28,777 bases of DNA from a virus (lineage: Duplodnaviria; Caudoviricetes). The position numbers were made by a program, and so were the translations under genes. The stretch covers positions 1 through 28,777 of IMG/VR virus record IMGVR_UViG_3300032232_001306; one strand, given 5' to 3'. The notes beneath the pieces are model-generated. The model made no database searches and was not told the origin of the DNA. It worked only from the letters and a program-made list of their open reading frames with translations. Below are positions 23,707 through 28,777 of the stretch, in pieces. The first letter of the stretch is position 1. Every line of letters begins with the position of its first letter.

Positions 23707-24704
23707 TGGAGTTTTATAGTCCAAAAGAGGAGTTAAGTCTTCAATTTAATAAGGGAAAATTTTTAGTTATTCCAAAAGCAAATGAAGAAGGTTTTTGGGG
23801 AAGACTTGACGTATTACCTTATGACAAATCACAGCACCAATGGGACAAACTTGATAAAGATGAGTTTGGGAATCCAGCAATACTTAATTTTACAAATGGA
23901 AATCAGCAATATTTGGTTGAGTATCCTTCAGGGTTTTTCCATTTTGTTGTAGATTTTATACCAACAATGATGAGGGCCCGTGAGCCAGGAAAAAATCAGG
24001 GAGATCTAGTTATATACTTGCCAAGATTTGAAAACCCCTATCAAGATGAGTCAAGATCTTTTATTTTTAACTGGATGTCAAGACACAAGGTGAATCATAG
24101 AGTATTAAATTCTTATAATTTTAAAGGCGCAATCATGTCAAACATTGTATATAAGCCATCATTTTTAATGACGTCTGATAATATAGACTATTTAACTGAA
24201 TTTAAAAATATGACAATAGAAAACCCAGAGGCAAAGCCATGGAGAAAGGTGTTTGTTAGTAGAAAAAAACAAAGACTAAAAACACCAGAAGCATGCGTTG
24301 GTCCAGTTAAAGATAAAAGCAAACTGATGTTTCATGATGATGTTCGTATGGACGATGAATTAAAACTAGAAGAGTATTTTAAATCAAAAGGTTTTGAAAT
24401 TTTTGTTGCAGAAGATTTTGTAGATTTTAAAGCACAGATGCAATATTTTCATGAAACAAAAACCATTGTTGGTGTTACTGGTGCAGCACTTATAAATTCA
24501 GCCTTTATGCAAAAATCTGGTAAATTAATTGAATTGCAGGTTCCGCTGACCGTTGGAGGAATAGAAATGATTCATATTGACTATCATGGACTATCTTTTA
24601 AAATGGATCATCAATACCTGACCATATCAAGCAATAGAAAAGCAGATACAGTTTTAGAAAAGATACAAAATAATAAAGCATTGGAAAGTTTAATTTGTGA
24701 ATAG
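23706..24704 (+). CDS. glycosyltransferase family 61 (DUF563)-like
   Basis: FFHF..D..P, VFVSR, Q...F......VG..GAAL.N..FM...LIE. Confidence 0.8.
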   Translation: MEFYSPKEELSLQFNKGKFLVIPKANEEGFWGRLDVLPYDKSQHQWDKLDKDEFGNPAILNFTNGNQQYLVEYPSGFFHFVVDFIPTMMRAREPGKNQGDLVIYLPRFENPYQDESRSFIFNWMSRHKVNHRVLNSYNFKGAIMSNIVYKPSFLMTSDNIDYLTEFKNMTIENPEAKPWRKVFVSRKKQRLKTPEACVGPVKDKSKLMFHDDVRMDDELKLEEYFKSKGFEIFVAEDFVDFKAQMQYFHETKTIVGVTGAALINSAFMQKSGKLIELQVPLTVGGIEMIHIDYHGLSFKMDHQYLTISSNRKADTVLEKIQNNKALESLICE

Positions 24705-26061
24705 GCTAATTGTTTTTGATTTAGATGGTGTTCTTGTTGATAGCAAGAGTATTCATTTTGATGCCCTAAATAGCGCTCTTAAAACTGTTGGTCTTGAGTA
24801 TGTTATAACAGAAGAAGAACAAAAAAATATATATGAGGGTCTGCCAACCAAAGCAAAATTATTACTTCTTAATAAAAATAAAGGACTTTCAAAAGAAAGG
24901 TTTGACGATATCTGGAATGCTAAACAAAATATAACAAGCACAATGTTTTCTAATATAAATGAAGATGCTGATCTAATAAAATTATTAAAAGTAGTAAAGG
25001 ATAGCGGGATAAAGATTGCTGTAGCAAGTAATAGTATTAGAAAAACAATAGTTGAGTGTTTGACTGGACTTGGTATTTTTAATTTAATAGATTATATTGT
25101 TAGCAACGAAGATGTTAAAAACCCGAAGCCACACCCAGAAATGTATTGGAAGGCTATGTCCTATTTTGGGGTTATTGCAGACGAGACCATAATCTTTGAG
25201 GATAGTCTTGTTGGCAAGTTAGCAGCAAGGGATAGCAAAGCAAACTTAATTGAAATTAAAGATAGATCAGACCTAGATATGGAGAAGATTGATAAGGCTA
25301 TTAGTCTTTTACAAAAAGGCAGCAGCACATGGAAAGATCAAGGACTAAATGTTTTGATACCCATGGCAGGACTTGGAAGCCGTTTTAAAGACGCTGGATA
25401 CGTATTCCCAAAGCCACTGGTAGAGGTTGATGGAAAACCTATGATTCAGGCTGTTGTAGAGTCTTTGAGGGTAAATGCAAAATATACCTACATTGTACAA
25501 AAAGAGCATTATGATAAATATAATCTGTCATATTTATTAAATTTAATTACCCCAGAATGTAATATTATTCAAGTAGAAGGTATAACAGAAGGCGCAGCAG
25601 TCACATCTCTTTTAGCAAAAGAATATATTAATAATAATAGTCCACTTATTATGGCAAACTCTGATCAAATAGTTGAGTGGAACAGCAGACAGTTTATCTA
25701 TGATTTAATGACAAACAATGCTGATGGTGGAATTGCCACATTTAAGTCTACACACCCAAAGTGGTCCTACGCAAAAGTTGACGATAACGGACTTGTAACT
25801 GAGGTTGCAGAAAAGAAACCAATTAGTAATATAGCCACAGTAGGAATATATTACTGGAAACATGGATCTGATTTTGTAAAATATGCAGAGCAAATGATAC
25901 ATAAAAATATAAGGACTAACGGGGAATTTTATGTTTGCCCAGTATTTAATGAAGCAATTGCTGATAATAAAAGAATATTTACTAGTGATATTAAAAAAAT
26001 GTGGGGAATTGGAACACCAGATGACTTAAGGTATTATATGGAGAATAATAAAAATGATTAA
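24697..26061 (+). CDS. HAD phosphatase fused to a sugar-phosphate nucleotidyltransferase
   Basis: FDLDGVL, ASN, KPHP, FEDS; then IPMAGLGSRF, PKPL, TEGAA, ANSD, GEFYV, GIGTP. Confidence 0.9.
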   Translation: MNRLIVFDLDGVLVDSKSIHFDALNSALKTVGLEYVITEEEQKNIYEGLPTKAKLLLLNKNKGLSKERFDDIWNAKQNITSTMFSNINEDADLIKLLKVVKDSGIKIAVASNSIRKTIVECLTGLGIFNLIDYIVSNEDVKNPKPHPEMYWKAMSYFGVIADETIIFEDSLVGKLAARDSKANLIEIKDRSDLDMEKIDKAISLLQKGSSTWKDQGLNVLIPMAGLGSRFKDAGYVFPKPLVEVDGKPMIQAVVESLRVNAKYTYIVQKEHYDKYNLSYLLNLITPECNIIQVEGITEGAAVTSLLAKEYINNNSPLIMANSDQIVEWNSRQFIYDLMTNNADGGIATFKSTHPKWSYAKVDDNGLVTEVAEKKPISNIATVGIYYWKHGSDFVKYAEQMIHKNIRTNGEFYVCPVFNEAIADNKRIFTSDIKKMWGIGTPDDLRYYMENNKND

Positions 26062-26479
26062 GATATCTCATAGAGGTAATACAAATGGTCCATACCCAGA
26101 GTTAGAAAATAAACCAGAATACTTGCTTCAGGCCATATCCAATGGATTTGATGTTGAGGTAGATGTCTGGGTTATAGACAAGATAATGTATTTTGGACAC
26201 GATAAGCCAACTTATATTGTTGACCCAATAACATTTTATAAAATTGTAAATAATGCATGGTTTCATTGTAAAAATATAGAAGCATTAAAACATTTTATTG
26301 ATATGCATCCAACAAAAAGATTCTTTTGGCATGAGACAGACGATTTTACTTTGACAAGTAATGGCTATATCTGGACCTACCCAGGTAAAGATATAACAGA
26401 TAAAACTATTATAGTTGATCTAGATGGATCAAGAAATGTAAAAAAGGCATATGGAGTCTGTAGCGACTTTCTGCTATAA
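26054..26479 (+). CDS. glycerophosphodiester phosphodiesterase / PLC-like protein
   Basis: ISHRG, EN, GFDVEVDVW, GHD, HCKN, GVCSD. Confidence 0.8.
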   Translation: MIKISHRGNTNGPYPELENKPEYLLQAISNGFDVEVDVWVIDKIMYFGHDKPTYIVDPITFYKIVNNAWFHCKNIEALKHFIDMHPTKRFFWHETDDFTLTSNGYIWTYPGKDITDKTIIVDLDGSRNVKKAYGVCSDFLL

Positions 26480-26480
26480 T
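26472..26480 (+). promoter_or_regulatory. extended -10 promoter TGcTATAAT
   Basis: Overlaps the upstream stop, about 25 nt before ATG 26504. Confidence 0.55.
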
Positions 26481-26503
26481 TAATAGGTATAGTTAGGGAA
26501 AAA

Positions 26504-26713
26504 ATGTGGTCATGGATTTTAGCAGTAATAGGTGTAACTGGCATTTTCTTTGTTGGTCGAAAAACTATTTGGGGATGGTTTGTACTTTTATTTAATGAGT
26601 GCCTTTGGATAGCATATGCACTTCACACAAGGCAGTATGGGTTTATTTTTAGCGCATTGGCATATGCTGCTGTTTATATTAAGTCATATCTACATTGGAA
26701 GAGGGAAGAGTAA
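26504..26713 (+). CDS. small 3-TM membrane protein (PnuC/SemiSWEET-like half)
   Basis: Three TM helices; WGW.....N..LW motif. Confidence 0.6.
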   Translation: MWSWILAVIGVTGIFFVGRKTIWGWFVLLFNECLWIAYALHTRQYGFIFSALAYAAVYIKSYLHWKREE

Positions 26714-26949
26714 TGTATACTGATGCAATGAGACGAGCCTTTAAGTATCTAGAACCTACTGCTCCTAAAGGTTTTAGATTAGAGATAATTGATCATGAAA
26801 ACTTTTTAACAGTAAAAGCAGCAGAGTCTATGTTCTTAAATTTAGGCCATCAAGAAAAAATTGAGGCTGTACAATACATGATTTCTGTTAAAAAAGCCTT
26901 GGAGATGGAAGGCGCAATAGTTTTACTAACAAGAGATGGAAGTAAATGA
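26713..26949 (+). CDS. hypothetical phage protein
   Basis: TAATG coupling; MYTDAMRRAF. Confidence 0.7.
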   Translation: MYTDAMRRAFKYLEPTAPKGFRLEIIDHENFLTVKAAESMFLNLGHQEKIEAVQYMISVKKALEMEGAIVLLTRDGSK

Positions 26950-27302
26950 TTACATATATACTTTATTCTTTTATCTTAATAGTTTTGTTTAAACTTATTT
27001 TTGATAACGCCAAATTAAAATCTCGTATATACAAAAAAAATGTACAGGTGATTCAGCAGGCACTTGATACAAAAGAAATAATTGAAAGATTAACCTCTGA
27101 ACTTGAAATAGAACAAACAAAAAGCAAAAAAGAAGACGATGGATTCTTAAAGTTTGTAACAGACTCTAGGGAATGGGCATATAATTATATTGAGTCATCA
27201 CAAAAGACTATTAACGAAGTTGCACAAGACCTAAAAAATAAAGGTTTGGTAGAGGAATCAGAAATACTGTTATCACTTTTGCCAAAAGAGGAGTTAAGTT
27301 AA
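26946..27302 (+). CDS. membrane-anchored coiled-coil protein
   Basis: N-terminal TM helix; FLKFVTDSREWAYNYIE. Confidence 0.7.
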   Translation: MITYILYSFILIVLFKLIFDNAKLKSRIYKKNVQVIQQALDTKEIIERLTSELEIEQTKSKKEDDGFLKFVTDSREWAYNYIESSQKTINEVAQDLKNKGLVEESEILLSLLPKEELS

Positions 27303-27460
27303 TGAAAGATGTTTTCTTGTCAACACTAACAGGTTTTGGGTGCGGTGTCGTGTTTGCTGCATTCAAATTGCCAGTACCAGCACCACCAGTTTTTGCGGGA
27401 GTCGCAGGAATTATTGGTTTATGGATTGGCTTCACAATACTAACACAAATTATATCCTAG
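27302..27460 (+). CDS. XapX/DUF1427-like small membrane protein (52 aa)
   Basis: MKDVFLSTLTGFGCGVVFAAFKLPVPAPPVFAGVAGIIGLWIGFTILTQIIS; LP.PAPP..AG motif; TAATG overlap. Confidence 0.8.
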   Translation: MKDVFLSTLTGFGCGVVFAAFKLPVPAPPVFAGVAGIIGLWIGFTILTQIIS

Positions 27461-27470
27461 GAGGAATAAT

Positions 27471-27740
27471 ATGAATAATGAACAAATCAAAGCACTACTA
27501 GCGTCATACGGAAGATCAGTACTTGGTGCAGGTCTTGCACTTTATATGTCAGGTGTGACAGATCTTAAGACACTTGCATACTCTCTATTGGCTGCACTAG
27601 CGCCCGTAGCAATTCGTGCAATCAATCCTAATGACACAGCGTTTGGACGTCTTCCAGATGCAGCAGAAGTTGATTCAGCAGTTAAGAAAGCAACTGTAAA
27701 GAAGGCTCCTGCTAAGAAAAAGGCAGCACCAAAGAAGTAA
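27471..27740 (+). CDS. holin-like membrane protein with Lys/Ala-rich tail
   Basis: AGGAGG RBS; SY.RS, two hydrophobic segments, NPND.AFG, KKAPAKK tail. Confidence 0.65.
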   Translation: MNNEQIKALLASYGRSVLGAGLALYMSGVTDLKTLAYSLLAALAPVAIRAINPNDTAFGRLPDAAEVDSAVKKATVKKAPAKKKAAPKK

Positions 27741-27746
27741 ATTAGC

Positions 27747-27787
27747 AAAAAGAAAGGGGGCCACAACCAAGGCCCCCTTTTTATTTT
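27747..27787. terminator. bidirectional rho-independent terminator
   Basis: AAAGGGGGCC-acaaccaa-GGCCCCCTTT with an A-run before and a T-run after, between convergent genes. Confidence 0.9.
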
Positions 27788-27791
27788 ATGT

Positions 27792-28496
27792 TTAGAATAG
27801 GCTAGAAAATTCAGGCTTATAAGGAAAAACTTTTATCTTTGATCTACGAAGATCTGCTTCATCATCAGTTGCAAAATTTAAAAAACTTACAATAGTCCAT
27901 CTAGGATTACCAGATTTAATTTCATGAATCTTATGTTCATATGAATAGCCAGATGGAAAAACAAATAAGTCTCCTGCTTCTGGTTTGATAGTAACCCCAA
28001 AGTGAATAAATTCAAGTTCGCCACCCTCATAGTCATCATTAGGGTAATACACTAAAGATACTGTCCTTGGTGTTGCATAAGTATCATCGCTATGTGCTCC
28101 AAAAAATTCACCGTTTGAGAATCTAGATATTCTTAGACTTTCTCTACTTTTTGGATCAAGGTTCCAATGAAAACAGTATGAGTCAATAATGTCTCTAAAC
28201 GCTTCGTTAGCCTCTTTATAATTATAGAGCCAGCAAGTATCTGATTGTTTGCCGTTTTCTTTTGTATACTCTACATCATCAAAAAAATCTTCACGGACCC
28301 ATTTGCGAGCACCTTGCTTATCAGATACCTCTTCCCAAAACTCTTTTGTAAGTAGTTTATTCATTGTATCCATAGAGGTGGGCCAAACATTCTTATAGAT
28401 ATGTATACCTGGAATCGGTGATGTAAAATTAAATCTTTTACCAGTAGATGTTTCTGTAAATCCGCTCTTAGCATTATCTAATCTTTGTTGATCCAT
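27792..28496 (-). CDS. prolyl-4-hydroxylase-like 2OG-Fe(II) oxygenase
   Basis: HSD, RTVSLVYYPNDDYEGGEL, FPS.Y.Y.H...R; GAGGA RBS. Confidence 0.88.
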   Translation of the reverse strand: MDQQRLDNAKSGFTETSTGKRFNFTSPIPGIHIYKNVWPTSMDTMNKLLTKEFWEEVSDKQGARKWVREDFFDDVEYTKENGKQSDTCWLYNYKEANEAFRDIIDSYCFHWNLDPKSRESLRISRFSNGEFFGAHSDDTYATPRTVSLVYYPNDDYEGGELEFIHFGVTIKPEAGDLFVFPSGYSYEHKIHEIKSGNPRWTIVSFLNFATDDEADLRRSKIKVFPYKPEFSSLF

Positions 28497-28521
28497 AATT
28501 TCCTCATTTCGCTATTGTATA

Positions 28522-28530
28522 ATTATAGCA
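28522..28530 (-). promoter_or_regulatory. extended -10 promoter TGcTATAAT (minus strand)
   Basis: Reverse complement of ATTATAGCA, upstream of the RBS of the - strand oxygenase. Confidence 0.6.
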
Positions 28531-28550
28531 TATTGTGATACAATATATAC

Positions 28551-28665
28551 TATTCCGCTATAAGACTTTAAAAGGTTTTGCAACGGATGCTCGATGAAAA
28601 GAGAGTCGGCAGGCTGAAACCCGTGGCTGATAGACCTGAGCAGTCGTCTATAAACTGCTCATTTT
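28551..28665 (+). ncRNA. candidate structured non-coding RNA (hairpins plus a 3' pseudoknot or terminator)
   Basis: TGaTACAAT at 28536-28544; no substantial ORF; several stems; interleaved inverted repeats at 28630-28661. Confidence 0.45.
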
Positions 28666-28668
28666 ATA

Positions 28669-28677
28669 TGCTATAAT
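28669..28677 (+). promoter_or_regulatory. extended -10 promoter TGcTATAAT
   Basis: 58 nt upstream of ATG 28735. Confidence 0.65.
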
Positions 28678-28710
28678 TTTAATACCTGCCCGAATGGGGG
28701 GTAAATTAAC

Positions 28711-28737
28711 TTATTCGCTTGAAAGGGGAATAACATG
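28711..28737 (+). promoter_or_regulatory. ROSE-like RNA thermometer hairpin sequestering the RBS
   Basis: TTATTCGCTT-gaa-AGGGGAATAA; contains UCGCU opposite the SD. Confidence 0.55.
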
Positions 28738-28777
28738 GTAAAAACAGCACTGGATCTTTTTAATGATCCATTTTTCA
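28735..28777 (+). CDS. N-terminus of a probable small heat-shock protein (partial)
   Basis: MVKTALDLFNDPFF with an RBS; a DPFF-type N-terminus is typical of sHSPs; only 14 codons are visible. Confidence 0.5.
   Translation, partial: MVKTALDLFNDPFF

Noticed and set aside
285-27766. Other short minus-strand or alternative-frame ORFs in the supplied track
   Set aside because: Nested in or largely overlapping well-supported + strand genes, without independent signals
28585-28665. Hammerhead, pistol or preQ1-I identity for the structured RNA
   Set aside because: GATGA and GAAAC are present but the CUGANGA core is not; the A-rich tail is too short for preQ1-I; pistol's P2/P3 elements are not evident
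1-28777. Bacterial chromosome or prophage origin; tRNA genes; alternative genetic code
   Set aside because: Terminase and phage-style gene packing throughout; no integrase, att site or cloverleaf seen; ORFs are full length under code 11 with all three stop codons used

Overview
AT-rich, gene-dense segment of a large tailed-phage (Caudoviricetes) genome, almost entirely + strand. WhiB, an FmdB zinc ribbon, a CxxC..CGHH zinc-finger protein and an Ala/Thr-rich secreted protein point to an actinobacterial host, probably a low-GC freshwater lineage (inference). Gene order: 2OG-Fe(II) oxygenase; Cas4-like exonuclease, RuvC-like resolvase and HTH; small and large terminase; two large secreted Ala/Thr/Pro-rich surface proteins with two small membrane proteins; RsmI-like methyltransferase and HslV-like protease; a modification cluster (paralogous hypothetical proteins, GT60/GT2-like glycosyltransferase, two prolyl-hydroxylase-like oxygenases, SGNH protein, carbamoyltransferase); CHAP endolysin; APS-kinase/nucleotidyltransferase fusion; Asp/Asn hydroxylase; thermonuclease; thioredoxin; WhiB; GT61, HAD-NTP transferase and phosphodiesterase; holin-like proteins; a - strand oxygenase; a structured intergenic RNA candidate; and the start of a probable hsp20 behind a ROSE-like thermometer. 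Many host-type sigma-A promoters (TTGACA / TGnTATAAT) are visible. No tRNA, rRNA, CRISPR array or integrase was seen. All family calls are motif recognition by eye, without database searches.
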